Source of the DNA: Delftia acidovorans NBRC 14950
GTDB taxonomy: Bacteria; Pseudomonadota; Gammaproteobacteria; Burkholderiales; Burkholderiaceae_C
Assembly (NCBI RefSeq): GCF_001598795.1
Contig: NZ_BCZP01000005.1
Span: 1-32,000, forward strand
Length of the DNA: 32,000 nucleotides
Direction: 5' to 3'
Shown here: in pieces, positions 7,472 through 16,283 of the stretch
Layout: the number at the start of each line of letters is the position of its first letter
How positions within the stretch are numbered: position 1 is the stretch's first letter
The notes under the pieces: model-generated
The model's input: the letters and a program-made list of their open reading frames with translations, nothing else
What the model was told of the DNA's origin: nothing
Database searches by the model: none
Made by a program: the position numbers and the translations under genes

Positions 7472-8374
7472 ATGTTGCACACGTCATCTTCTCACAGTTC
7501 GCGCACGCCGCTGCTCAGCCGGCAGGAGCTGGCCTTGATCGCCGTCACCATGGTCTGGGGCGGCACCTTTCTCGTGGTCCACCTGGCAATGCAGCACAGC
7601 GGGCCGCTGTTCTTTGTGGGCCTGCGCTTTGTCACGGCGGGTTTGATCGGGCTGCTGGTGTTTCGCAAGGCCATGGCCGGGCTCACGCGCACCGAGCTGG
7701 TGGCAGGCATCGCCATCGGCGCCAGCATCTTCCTGGGCTATGGTCTGCAGACCTTCGGGCTGCAGACCATCAGCAGCAGCAAGTCGGCGTTTCTGACGGC
7801 GTTGTATGTGCCGCTGGTGCCTCTTGTGCAATGGCTGGTGATGGGCAAGCCGCCGCGACTGATGAGCTGGATAGGCATTGGCCTGGCCTTCACGGGCCTG
7901 ATGCTGGTGGCGGGACCGGAGTCCGGCGGCATGGAGTTGAACGTGGGCGAGATGGCAACCATGCTGAGCACGCTGGCCATTGCGGCCGAGGTGCTGCTGA
8001 TCGGGCATTTCGCGGGCAAGGTCGATGCGCGGCGCGTGACCACGGTGCAGTTGCTGGCGGCCGGCGTCATGGCGCTGCTGGCCATGCCGGTGGCGGGCGA
8101 ATCCGTGCCCGACTTCTCATGGGTCTGGCTGTCCGCCGCGGTGGCCATGGCCTGCGCCAGCATCCTGATCCAGCTGACCATGAACTGGGCCCAGAAGTCC
8201 CTGTCGCCCACGCGTGCGACCGTGATCTATGCCAGCGAGCCGGTCTGGGCCGGCATCGTGGGACGCATGGCCGGCGACCGGCTGCCGGGGCTGGCAATTC
8301 TGGGGGCCGCGCTGATCGTGGGCGGGGTGCTGGTCAGCGAGCTGCGCCTGGGCAGGCAAACACCCAAGCCGTAA
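7472..8374 (+). CDS. EamA/DMT-superfamily transporter (300 aa)
   Basis: Ten hydrophobic segments arranged as two EamA-like halves. The N-terminal motif is ALIAVTMVWGGTFLVV. It is divergent from the XRE-cupin regulator. Confidence 0.88.
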   Translation: MLHTSSSHSSRTPLLSRQELALIAVTMVWGGTFLVVHLAMQHSGPLFFVGLRFVTAGLIGLLVFRKAMAGLTRTELVAGIAIGASIFLGYGLQTFGLQTISSSKSAFLTALYVPLVPLVQWLVMGKPPRLMSWIGIGLAFTGLMLVAGPESGGMELNVGEMATMLSTLAIAAEVLLIGHFAGKVDARRVTTVQLLAAGVMALLAMPVAGESVPDFSWVWLSAAVAMACASILIQLTMNWAQKSLSPTRATVIYASEPVWAGIVGRMAGDRLPGLAILGAALIVGGVLVSELRLGRQTPKP

Positions 8375-8572
8375 CGCGCCCCGGATGCGGCCCCCTGCGT
8401 GCTGGGCCGCACCTGTCCAACCCTGCGGCAAGGCCACAGGCGAATTGCTGCGCAGGACCAATAGCGGGGGCATGCCAGGCGCCTTGAAAGCCCGGCCAGG
8501 ACACTTCTCAGAAGCTCTTGAAAAACGGTATTTTCATAATCAATCAGAAACATCCGAGATCAAATAAGCTAT

Positions 8573-8609
8573 TCCTAGGATAAATCTCATTTCCTCAATA
8601 ATCCTAGGA
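8573..8609. promoter_or_regulatory. Two identical 8-bp palindromes (TCCTAGGA) in the AT-rich region upstream of the surface-protein gene
   Basis: TCCTAGGA occurs at 8573-8580 and 8602-8609, 29 bp centre to centre, inside an AT-rich intergenic region of about 270 bp (8480-8747). Confidence 0.3.
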
Positions 8610-8747
8610 CGACTCTGAAAATCCGATTTTCATCAAAAAGATCATTACAAAACGCAATCAACCCTTTAGATTCCGCTTTTGAAAACAGGCAAGCCATTCA
8701 TCGGCTTGATGGTCATTCAATTCAGGAACTCATGAAAGGGCGATGGC

Positions 8748-10808
8748 ATGCAAAAGCGTGGCGCGGGAAATCGACGGAAATTGGCCGGCTTTACGGCGGC
8801 AATGGCAGTCAGCTGCACAATCGTTTTGGGGACGGGTGGCACCGCATGGGCCGCCTCGGCAGGGCAAGGTCGCGGCTATGCGCTGGAAGTGAAGGCCGGC
8901 GTTTCATTGGTAGGCATCGGGCTGGATATCCCGCTGGTAGATACCGGACTGCAAAGTGCGCCGCCGGCGTTCAATGTCTCCGGGAAAATGCTTGCTGCAG
9001 ACATCGGGGGCGCCACCGACAGCTTGATTTCATTGAAGGCGGGTGTGCTCTCGGCAAGCACCGGGAGCTCGCTGGCGCAAAACCGCGTCGAAACAACCGC
9101 AGGCATCAGTGACATCAACCTGTCCATCGCTAGCGTCGTGGCCATCAAGGCTGATGTGCTGCAGTCCCAAGTGCAGGCAACCTGCGTCAATGGCGCCGTC
9201 CAGCCCACCGGGGCCGCGACCATCGAGAACCTGAGCATCTCCGTGCTCGGTATCCCTGTCCCAATTCCACTGAATCCATCCCCCAATACCGGACTGAATA
9301 CCGGAATCCTGGAAATCGTTTTCAATGAGCAAACTCCCGTGGATGGGGGAATGGAAGTCAATGCCCTGCGCATTGGCGCGAAAATACCCACCCTCGCCGA
9401 CGTCAACCTCGTCTTGGGCCATTCGCAAGCCTCGCTTGCCGACTGCACCGCAGCGCAAGGGGATACCACGCCACCTGCGGTAGACATCACCACGTCCCCG
9501 GTGATCAATGCAGACAACCAGGAGGCCTACATCGTCGCAGGCAGTTGCACCGCGGGCGATGGCAATGTGAAGGTGACCATCGGCACGGCCCCGAAGTTCG
9601 TGACCATGACGACGGCCTGCAATGCAGCCGGAGCCTGGACGGCACCCGCTGCCAATGTGGCCAGCCTGCCCCTGGGTCCGGTGGACATCACGGCCACCCA
9701 GACCGATGCGGCCGGCAACACCGGCACGCGAAGTGTCATCACCACCAAGACCACGGCCGCAGCCACGGACACGACGGCACCCGTGGTCGCGGTGGACAAC
9801 GCAGCCGCGATAAATGCCGGCAATGAGCACAGCTACACCGTCTCGGGCACCTGCACGGCCGGCGATGGCGATGTCAGGGTGCGCATCGGCACGGCGCCCA
9901 ACTCCGTGGAAGCCATCGCAGCGTGCGGCAGCAACAGCCAATGGACCACTGCCGCCACCGACCTGGGCGGGCTGCCTGCGGGCACGGTGCCCATCCAGGC
10001 CAGCCAGACCGATGCGGCGGGCAATACAGGGACCGCCAATGTCTCCGTCACCAAGGCAGACACCACGCCGCCTGTGGTCACAGTGGGCACCGCGCCCCAG
10101 ATCAATGCCGGCAACCAGGGCGCCTACATCCTCTCTGGCACCTGCACAGTCGGCGCAGGCAGCGTTACGGTGACCATAGGCACGGCGCCCAACGCGGTGG
10201 TGGCCACTGCGCCCTGCGACAGCAATGGCCATTGGACCACCCCCGCCACCGATGTGAGCGCACTGCCTGCGGGTACGGTGGACATCCACGTGGCTCAGAC
10301 CAATGCCGCCGGCAATTCGGGCACGGCCGATGCCACGGTCACCAAGGTCGATACCACGCCGCCCACCACGCCCTCGGTCACAGTGGTGAATCCTCCCCCG
10401 ATAGACGCGGGCAACCAGGGCGGCTACATCCTCTCTGGCACCTGCACGGCCGGCGGTGGCAGCGTGACGGTGACCATCGGCACGGCACCCAAGGCCGTGG
10501 TGGTGACCGTGCCCTGCGATGGCAATGGCCACTGGACCACTCCTGCCATAGACGTGAGCGGCCTGCCCAAGGGATCGGTGACCATCACGGTCACCCAGAC
10601 CCAGGCGACGGGCGATGTCGACTCAAGCACTGCGACCACCACCAAGACCACGCCTGGCGCGGGCGATGCCCCAGGCAGCGACTCCGTCGCAGCCATCCCC
10701 GTGGGCGGGGCCTGGGCATCCCTGCTCCTGCTGGGCGCGGCGGCGCTGGGACTGCGCCGCCGTGGCAGGCAGCCGGGCCCGCAGCGCTCCGGGCGGCACC
10801 ACGATTGA
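8748..10808 (+). CDS. Secreted or cell-surface repeat protein: signal peptide, uncharacterised N-terminal domain, four Ig-like repeats, IPTL/PEP-CTERM-like sorting signal (686 aa)
   Basis: The signal peptide ends at ...GTGGTAWA/AS. Four repeats of about 97-102 aa each contain GxCTAG.G.V.V.IGTAP...C...G.W and Q-T-D/N-AAGN-x-GT, which is adhesin Ig-like style. The C-terminus has AIPVGG, then the hydrophobic AWASLLLLGAAALGL, then RRRGR. Confidence 0.85.
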   Translation: MQKRGAGNRRKLAGFTAAMAVSCTIVLGTGGTAWAASAGQGRGYALEVKAGVSLVGIGLDIPLVDTGLQSAPPAFNVSGKMLAADIGGATDSLISLKAGVLSASTGSSLAQNRVETTAGISDINLSIASVVAIKADVLQSQVQATCVNGAVQPTGAATIENLSISVLGIPVPIPLNPSPNTGLNTGILEIVFNEQTPVDGGMEVNALRIGAKIPTLADVNLVLGHSQASLADCTAAQGDTTPPAVDITTSPVINADNQEAYIVAGSCTAGDGNVKVTIGTAPKFVTMTTACNAAGAWTAPAANVASLPLGPVDITATQTDAAGNTGTRSVITTKTTAAATDTTAPVVAVDNAAAINAGNEHSYTVSGTCTAGDGDVRVRIGTAPNSVEAIAACGSNSQWTTAATDLGGLPAGTVPIQASQTDAAGNTGTANVSVTKADTTPPVVTVGTAPQINAGNQGAYILSGTCTVGAGSVTVTIGTAPNAVVATAPCDSNGHWTTPATDVSALPAGTVDIHVAQTNAAGNSGTADATVTKVDTTPPTTPSVTVVNPPPIDAGNQGGYILSGTCTAGGGSVTVTIGTAPKAVVVTVPCDGNGHWTTPAIDVSGLPKGSVTITVTQTQATGDVDSSTATTTKTTPGAGDAPGSDSVAAIPVGGAWASLLLLGAAALGLRRRGRQPGPQRSGRHHD
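9465..10655 (+). repeat. Four in-frame tandem coding repeats (306, 291, 291 and about 300 bp)
   Basis: Repeat units start at 9465, 9771, 10062 and 10353, each opening with ACC ACG (C/G)C(A/G) CC(T/C), encoding T-T-P/A-P. Units 2 to 4 are clearly similar at the DNA level. Confidence 0.85.
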
Positions 10809-10823
10809 CGGAGTTGCCACCAT

Positions 10824-10853
10824 AAAAGGCGCCACGGCCGTGGCGCCTTTTTG
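10824..10853 (+). terminator. Rho-independent terminator of the surface-protein gene
   Basis: GGCGCCAC (10828-10835) pairs with GTGGCGCC (10840-10847) across a GGCC loop, flanked by AAAA and TTTTT. Confidence 0.85.
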
Positions 10854-10990
10854 CGTTGGGCCTGCGCAAGGCATGGGGCGCCTTGATGCGGCCTTGATGG
10901 CGTTGTGCGCAAACACAATCCGCCCTTGAGGCAGCCGTCCCTAGAGTCAAGGCCTCACAACAAATGGCTTCCCGATGAAGCCGCGCCGCC

Positions 10991-11722
10991 ATGAGACCTG
11001 TCGCCATCCTCCAGCACGAATCCGCCCAGGGCCCCGGCGTTCTGCGTGAACACCTGGAGCAACAGTGCATTCCCTACCGACTGTTGCAGCCTGCCCTCGA
11101 TGGCACAGCCCCTGTGCACGCCGCCGACTACAGCGGCATCGTGGTGCTGGGCAGCAACCACAGCGTGAACGAGGGCCTGCCGTGGATGGAGGATGAACAG
11201 GCCCTGCTGACCGATGCGCTGCGCAGCGACATCCCCGTGCTCGGCCACTGCTTTGGCGCACAGATGCTGGCGCGCGCCATGGGCGCCAGGGTCTGGCGCA
11301 ACCCCTGCCCCAACATTGGCTGGAGCCGCATCTGGGTGACGGCCGCCGCCCAGCAGGTCATGGACCTGCCGCGCGAGGCGACGATCTTCCATTGGCACTA
11401 CGACACCTTCGAGATCCCGCGCGGGGCCGTGCGCACCATGTACGGCAGCCACTGCCTGAACAAGGGCTTTCGCCACGGCCGGCACTGGGCCTTCCAGGGC
11501 CACATGGAAGTGACCGCCGCCAGCGTGGCTGCCTGGTGCACCGAAGGCCATGACGAGCTGCTGCGCGCACGCGGCCCCGCGGCGCAGACCGAGAGCGAGA
11601 TCCTGCGCCACCTGGACCTGCGCATTCCCGTGTTGAACGCCCTGGCCCACCGGACCTACCGGGCCTGGACGGCACAGTTGCAGCGGCCGGTGGTCGTGAA
11701 CCTGGGCGTGGCCAGCCGATAG
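10991..11722 (+). CDS. Class-I glutamine amidotransferase-like protein (243 aa)
   Basis: VLGHCFGAQMLARAMG is the nucleophile-elbow Cys motif. H-x-E-type residues follow downstream (FQGHMEV). Confidence 0.8.
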   Translation: MRPVAILQHESAQGPGVLREHLEQQCIPYRLLQPALDGTAPVHAADYSGIVVLGSNHSVNEGLPWMEDEQALLTDALRSDIPVLGHCFGAQMLARAMGARVWRNPCPNIGWSRIWVTAAAQQVMDLPREATIFHWHYDTFEIPRGAVRTMYGSHCLNKGFRHGRHWAFQGHMEVTAASVAAWCTEGHDELLRARGPAAQTESEILRHLDLRIPVLNALAHRTYRAWTAQLQRPVVVNLGVASR

Positions 11723-11789
11723 CCCTCCCCGAAGCGGACGCCCCGGTGAATACCCGGGGAGCGCTTGACGTGGCGTTTGCACGCAGGGA

Positions 11790-11827
11790 AACTTTCGATA
11801 CGAAATAAAAAACTTTCTAATCGAAAG
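11790..11827. promoter_or_regulatory. Candidate DeoR-type operator
   Basis: The inverted repeat is CTTTCGAT (11792-11799) and ATCGAAAG (11820-11827). The direct repeat AACTTTC occurs at 11790 and 11811, 21 bp apart. The site ends 5 bp upstream of the DeoR start codon. Confidence 0.35.
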
Positions 11828-11832
11828 AATCC

Positions 11833-12642
11833 ATGCAGGAACAAGGCAACAGTTCACTCAAGCGCAGGCTGCAGATCGTGGAGCTGGCGCGCAAGACCGA
11901 CGAGGTGCGGGTCGAAGCGCTGAGCGTGCTCTTCGGCGTCTCCACCGTCACCATCCGCAACGACCTGCACTACCTGGAACAGCAGGGCTATGTGGTGCGC
12001 GCCTTCGGCAAGGCGCGCTACAACCCGGCCCTGCTCAAGACGGCCGCAGAGATACCTGGCGCCCCTGCCGCCGCGCAAGGCCCGGCGCAGGCCCAGGTGG
12101 CCCAGGGCGCGCTGGGCTGGATCGAGGACGACGCCTCGGTCTTCCTGGGCAGCGGCCGCATCACCCACCGCGTGCTGCCACTGCTGGCCAGCCGCCAGGG
12201 CATTGCGCTGACGCTGCACGACCTGGCCATGGTGGCGACGGCGCGGCAGTTTCTCGATTGCGCCATCCACGTCACGGGCGGCGCGCTGGCCGGCGACGAG
12301 CCCGGCCTCATCGGCCCCGGGGCAGAAGCGGGTCTGCGGGCCCGGCCGCTGGACATCTGCCTGTTCGAGATCTGCGGCATCGACGACCGCAACCGCCTGC
12401 TGTGCCGCGACCCGGGCGCGGCTCGCCTGTATTCGGCAGCCGTGGAGCACAGCACCAAGGCCGTGGCGCTGGCCCTGGACCTGGACAGCACCACGAGCGG
12501 GCATCCGGTCTGCGACATCGCCCAGATCGACGGCCTGTGCGCCCACCAGGACATGGAGCCGGGCGCCTTCGATCTGCTGGCGCACCACCGGCTGCAGGCC
12601 ACCCGCAAGGCCGAGGGCCGCATCGAATTCGCCAGAACCTGA
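11833..12642 (+). CDS. DeoR/GlpR-family transcriptional regulator (269 aa)
   Basis: The N-terminal HTH is RRLQIVELARKTDEVRVEALSVLFGVSTVTIRNDLHYLEQQGYVVR, followed by a C-terminal sugar-phosphate sensor-like domain. Confidence 0.88.
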   Translation: MQEQGNSSLKRRLQIVELARKTDEVRVEALSVLFGVSTVTIRNDLHYLEQQGYVVRAFGKARYNPALLKTAAEIPGAPAAAQGPAQAQVAQGALGWIEDDASVFLGSGRITHRVLPLLASRQGIALTLHDLAMVATARQFLDCAIHVTGGALAGDEPGLIGPGAEAGLRARPLDICLFEICGIDDRNRLLCRDPGAARLYSAAVEHSTKAVALALDLDSTTSGHPVCDIAQIDGLCAHQDMEPGAFDLLAHHRLQATRKAEGRIEFART

Positions 12643-12676
12643 GCTTTTCCACAACGACAGAGGGAGGGAGACAGCC

Positions 12677-13603
12677 ATGGACCGCAACACGTTTCTCCGG
12701 CGCCTGCTGGCCGGCGCATTCACATTCGGCCTGCCGGCCAGCCCGGCGCTTGCACAGCCGGGCCCCGGCCCCAGCCCTGCCCGCACCATCGGCGTGTCCC
12801 TGCTCACGCAGCAGCACCCGTTCTACCTGGAGCTGGCCCAGGCCATGCAGCAGGAAGCCGCGCGGCAGGGGCTGAAGCTGGACCTGAGCATTGCCAACCA
12901 GGACCTGGGCAAGCAGATCTCCGATGTGGAGGACTTCGTCAGCAAGAAGGTCGATGCCATCATCCTGTCTCCCGTCGATTCCCGGGGCGTGAAGGCCGCC
13001 GTGCTCAAGGCTGCCGCCGCCCGCATTCCCGTGATCACCGTGGACATTGCGGCCAGCGGGGTCGAGGTCGCATCGCACGTGGCCACCGACAACCGCGCCG
13101 GCGGCGTGCTGGCCGGCCAGCTCATGGGCCGCGCCACGGGCGGCAAGGGCCAGATCGGCGTGCTGCACTACCCGTCCATACAGTCCGTGGTCGATCGCGT
13201 GGAGGGTTTCAAGGCCGCCATTGCCACCTTCCCCGGCATGAAGATCGTCTCGGTACAACCCGGCATCACACGCGCCGAGGCCCTGTCCGCTTCGCAGAAC
13301 ATGCTGCAGGCCCACCCCGATCTCGCGGGCATCTTCGGGTTTGGCGACGACGCGGCCCTGGCTGCACTGGCCAGCGTCAAGGGCGCAAGAAAGCTGGAGC
13401 AGGTCAAGATCGTCGGCTTTGACGGCATGGCCGAGGCGCGCGCGGCCGTGGACCGGGAGCCGGCCTTCGTGGGCGTGATCCGCCAGTACCCCGACCAGTT
13501 GGGACTGCAAGCCGTGGCCATTGCCGCGCAGCTGCTGCAGGGCAAACCGGTGGAAAAATTCCACCCCGTGCTGCCCGGCGTGTACACGGCTGCCGCCAGG
13601 TAA
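12677..13603 (+). CDS. Sugar ABC transporter periplasmic substrate-binding protein, RbsB-like type I PBP (308 aa)
   Basis: GGGAGGGAG RBS. The signal peptide is RRLLAGAFTFGLPASPALA. PBP1 motifs include IGVSLLT..HPFY, DAIILSPVD, IPVITVD and DNRAGG. Confidence 0.88.
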   Translation: MDRNTFLRRLLAGAFTFGLPASPALAQPGPGPSPARTIGVSLLTQQHPFYLELAQAMQQEAARQGLKLDLSIANQDLGKQISDVEDFVSKKVDAIILSPVDSRGVKAAVLKAAAARIPVITVDIAASGVEVASHVATDNRAGGVLAGQLMGRATGGKGQIGVLHYPSIQSVVDRVEGFKAAIATFPGMKIVSVQPGITRAEALSASQNMLQAHPDLAGIFGFGDDAALAALASVKGARKLEQVKIVGFDGMAEARAAVDREPAFVGVIRQYPDQLGLQAVAIAAQLLQGKPVEKFHPVLPGVYTAAAR

Positions 13604-13623
13604 ATGGACCTGCGGAGCCCGCC

Positions 13624-15180
13624 ATGCCAGGCCCCACTGCACACAGCCACCCAGGCCGTGCCATGCTCGACGCCGTTGCGCAGCCCCCCATGCTCGAGGC
13701 CCGGTCGCTGGCCAAATCCTTCGGCGCCGTGCAGGCGCTCAAAAGCGTTTCCTTCCGCCTGCGCGCAGGCACGGTGCACACGCTGCTGGGCGAGAACGGG
13801 GCCGGCAAATCCACCCTGCTCAAGATCCTGGCGGGCGTGCACCAGCCCGATGGCGGCCAGCTGCTGATCGAGGGTGCCAGCACCGAGCTGGCCAGCCCCA
13901 CCGATGCGCAGCGCCACGGCATCGCCATCGTTCACCAGGAGCTGAGCCTGGCGCCCAACCTCAGCGTGGCGGACAACCTGTTTGCCGCGCGGCTCCCGCA
14001 GCGGGCCGGCTGCGTGGACCGCCGCGCACTGCGCCGCGACGCCGCCGCGCTGCTGGCCCGCCTGGGCATGGACCTGGACCCCAACGCGCAGGTGGCCGAA
14101 CTGTCGCTGGCCCAGCGCCAGCTGGTGGAGATCGCCAAGGCGCTGTGCCAGCCCTCGCGCATCGTCATCATGGATGAGCCCACCTCCTCGCTCAGCGACA
14201 GCGAGGCGCAGATTCTCTTCACCCTCATCGCCCGCCTCAAGGCCGAGGGGCGCGCCATCATCTACGTCTCGCACCGCATGGACGAGATCATGCGCATCTC
14301 CGACGAGATCACCGTCATGCGCGATGGCAGCTCCATCTGCACCCTGGCGCGGGACGAGACCGACATCGGGGCGCTGATCGCGCTCATGGTGGGGCGCCAG
14401 ATGCAGGACATCTATCCGCCGCGCAGCCCCACCCCTGACCGCAGCACGCGCGCCCTGCTCCAGGTGCGCGGCCTGGGCCTGGCCGGGCGCTTCGAAGGCA
14501 TTGACTTCGAGGTCCATGCGGGCGAGATCGTGGGCTTCTTCGGGCTGGTGGGCTCGGGCCGGTCCGATGTCATGGATGCGCTGTTCGGCATGCACCGCTG
14601 CACGGGCAGCATCCTCATGCACGGCCGGCCGCTGCGCCTGCGCTCGCCGGCCGACGCCATTGGCCAGGGCATGGCCTTCGTGACCGAGAACCGCAAGGAG
14701 CAAGGCCTGGTGCTGGACCAGTCCGTGCAGCACAACATCTGCATGGTGCAGGTGCACAGCGGGCGCGGCGGCGCACTGCTCACCGACGAGGCGGCCGAGC
14801 AATCGCTGGCCCGCGCCTGCGTGCAGCGGCTGAAGATACGCGTTGCCGGCCTGTACCAGCCCGTGCGCCAGTTGTCGGGCGGGAATCAGCAAAAGATCGT
14901 GTTCGCCAAATGGCTGGCCATGCGCCCCCGGCTGCTGGTGCTGGACGAGCCCACGCGCGGCATCGACGTGGGCGCGAAGTTCGAGATCTATGCCCTGATC
15001 CGCGAGCTGGCAGCGGCCGGCACGGCCGTCATCCTGGTGTCGTCGGAGCTGCCCGAGGCACTGGCCCTGAGCGACCGGCTGCTGGTCATGCGCAACAAGC
15101 GCCTCGTCCAGAGCCTGGACACCCTCCATCTGCGCCAGGAGACCGTGATGGCGCACGCCACCGGAGCAGGACTGCCATGA
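13624..15180 (+). CDS. Sugar ABC transporter ATP-binding protein with duplicated ATPase domains, RbsA-like (518 aa)
   Basis: First domain: Walker A GENGAGKST and signature LSLAQRQ. Second domain: Walker A GLVGSGRS and signature LSGGNQQK. GGAG lies 6 nt before ATG 13624. Alternative starts are at 13663 and 13690. Confidence 0.88.
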   Translation: MPGPTAHSHPGRAMLDAVAQPPMLEARSLAKSFGAVQALKSVSFRLRAGTVHTLLGENGAGKSTLLKILAGVHQPDGGQLLIEGASTELASPTDAQRHGIAIVHQELSLAPNLSVADNLFAARLPQRAGCVDRRALRRDAAALLARLGMDLDPNAQVAELSLAQRQLVEIAKALCQPSRIVIMDEPTSSLSDSEAQILFTLIARLKAEGRAIIYVSHRMDEIMRISDEITVMRDGSSICTLARDETDIGALIALMVGRQMQDIYPPRSPTPDRSTRALLQVRGLGLAGRFEGIDFEVHAGEIVGFFGLVGSGRSDVMDALFGMHRCTGSILMHGRPLRLRSPADAIGQGMAFVTENRKEQGLVLDQSVQHNICMVQVHSGRGGALLTDEAAEQSLARACVQRLKIRVAGLYQPVRQLSGGNQQKIVFAKWLAMRPRLLVLDEPTRGIDVGAKFEIYALIRELAAAGTAVILVSSELPEALALSDRLLVMRNKRLVQSLDTLHLRQETVMAHATGAGLP

Positions 15181-16223
15181 CCCCTTCCGAACTGAGCATC
15201 ACAGCGTCTGGCTCCTCCAATGCCTCCGACGCCTCCGACGCTGCCGAAAACATCCCGGGCAGCCAGGAAACATGGCGAGACGGCTTGCGAGGTGGCTGGC
15301 GATCGCTGCGGCGCCACGCCGGCACCCTCATGGGCCTTGCCGCCCTGGTGCTGCTGTTCTCCCTGCTGTCGCCGGCCTTTCTGACGGGCGGCAACCTGCG
15401 CAACGTGCTGCTGCAGGTGTCCATCATCGCCATCGTGGCCTTCGGCATGACCTATGTACTGCTCCTGGGCGAGATCGACCTCTCTGTGGGATCGGTGGTC
15501 GCCCTGGCCGGCAGCGTGGCCGGCCTGATGCTGGGCCAGGGTCTGGCGCCCGCCCTGGTGCTGCCCGCCGTGCTGTTGTGCGGCCTGGTGCTGGGCGCAC
15601 TCAACGGCTCGCTGTCGGCGCTGCTGCATCTGCCGTCCTTCATCGTGACGGTGGCGACCATGGGCATCTTCCGGGGGCTGGCCTATATCGTCTCAGGCGG
15701 CATGCCGGCGCCGGTGGACAACGAGGCTTTTCTGTGGATCGGCAACGGCGAATGGCTGGGCATGCCCGTGCCCATCTGGATCCTGGCCGCGCTGCTGGCT
15801 GCCAACCACTTCGTGCTGGCCCGTACCGTCTTTGGCCGCAAAACCTATCTGGCAGGCGGCAATGCCGAGGCGGCCACCTATGCGGGCATACGGGTGGGGC
15901 GCCTCAAGATCGCCATCTTCATGCTGTCGGGGCTGATGGCGGCCGTGGGCGGCCTGCTGCTCACCTCCCGCCTGTACTCGGCCCAGCCCAACGCGGCCAT
16001 GGGCTGGGAGCTGGACGCCATTGCCGCCGCCGTGCTGGGCGGCACGCGCCTGGCCGGAGGCCACGGCAGCGTTGCGGGCACCTTGATAGGGGCGCTGATG
16101 ATCGGCGTCATCAACAACGGCATGAACCTGATGAGCGTGCCCTACTTCTATCAGCTCATCGTCAAGGGCAGCGTGATTCTGGTGGCTGTGTGCATCGATG
16201 TGCACAGCAGGCGCAGGCGCTGA
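15177..16223 (+). CDS. Sugar ABC transporter permease, RbsC-like (348 aa)
   Basis: ATGA overlap with the ATPase stop codon (15177-15180). It is multi-TM with the branched-chain/ribose permease motif GEIDLSVGS. A Ser/Asp/Ala-rich N-terminal tail is present. Confidence 0.88.
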   Translation: MTPSELSITASGSSNASDASDAAENIPGSQETWRDGLRGGWRSLRRHAGTLMGLAALVLLFSLLSPAFLTGGNLRNVLLQVSIIAIVAFGMTYVLLLGEIDLSVGSVVALAGSVAGLMLGQGLAPALVLPAVLLCGLVLGALNGSLSALLHLPSFIVTVATMGIFRGLAYIVSGGMPAPVDNEAFLWIGNGEWLGMPVPIWILAALLAANHFVLARTVFGRKTYLAGGNAEAATYAGIRVGRLKIAIFMLSGLMAAVGGLLLTSRLYSAQPNAAMGWELDAIAAAVLGGTRLAGGHGSVAGTLIGALMIGVINNGMNLMSVPYFYQLIVKGSVILVAVCIDVHSRRRR

Positions 16224-16283
16224 CGCATGGGCCGGCGGCGCAGCGAACGGCGCACGGGGTTTGATTCCAAAGGGAGGGAGAGC

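Noticed and set aside
9465-10655. A regularly spaced repeat array checked as a possible CRISPR.
   Set aside because: The units are about 291-306 bp, contiguous, in frame and inside a clearly coding gene. There is no short repeat/spacer organisation and no cas genes.
10938-10947. The shared string CCCTAGAGT upstream of both the amidotransferase gene (10938) and the SDR gene (31339), considered as a common regulatory motif.
   Set aside because: Only two 9-bp occurrences exist, so chance cannot be excluded. TAGAGT may just be a -10-like hexamer in each promoter.
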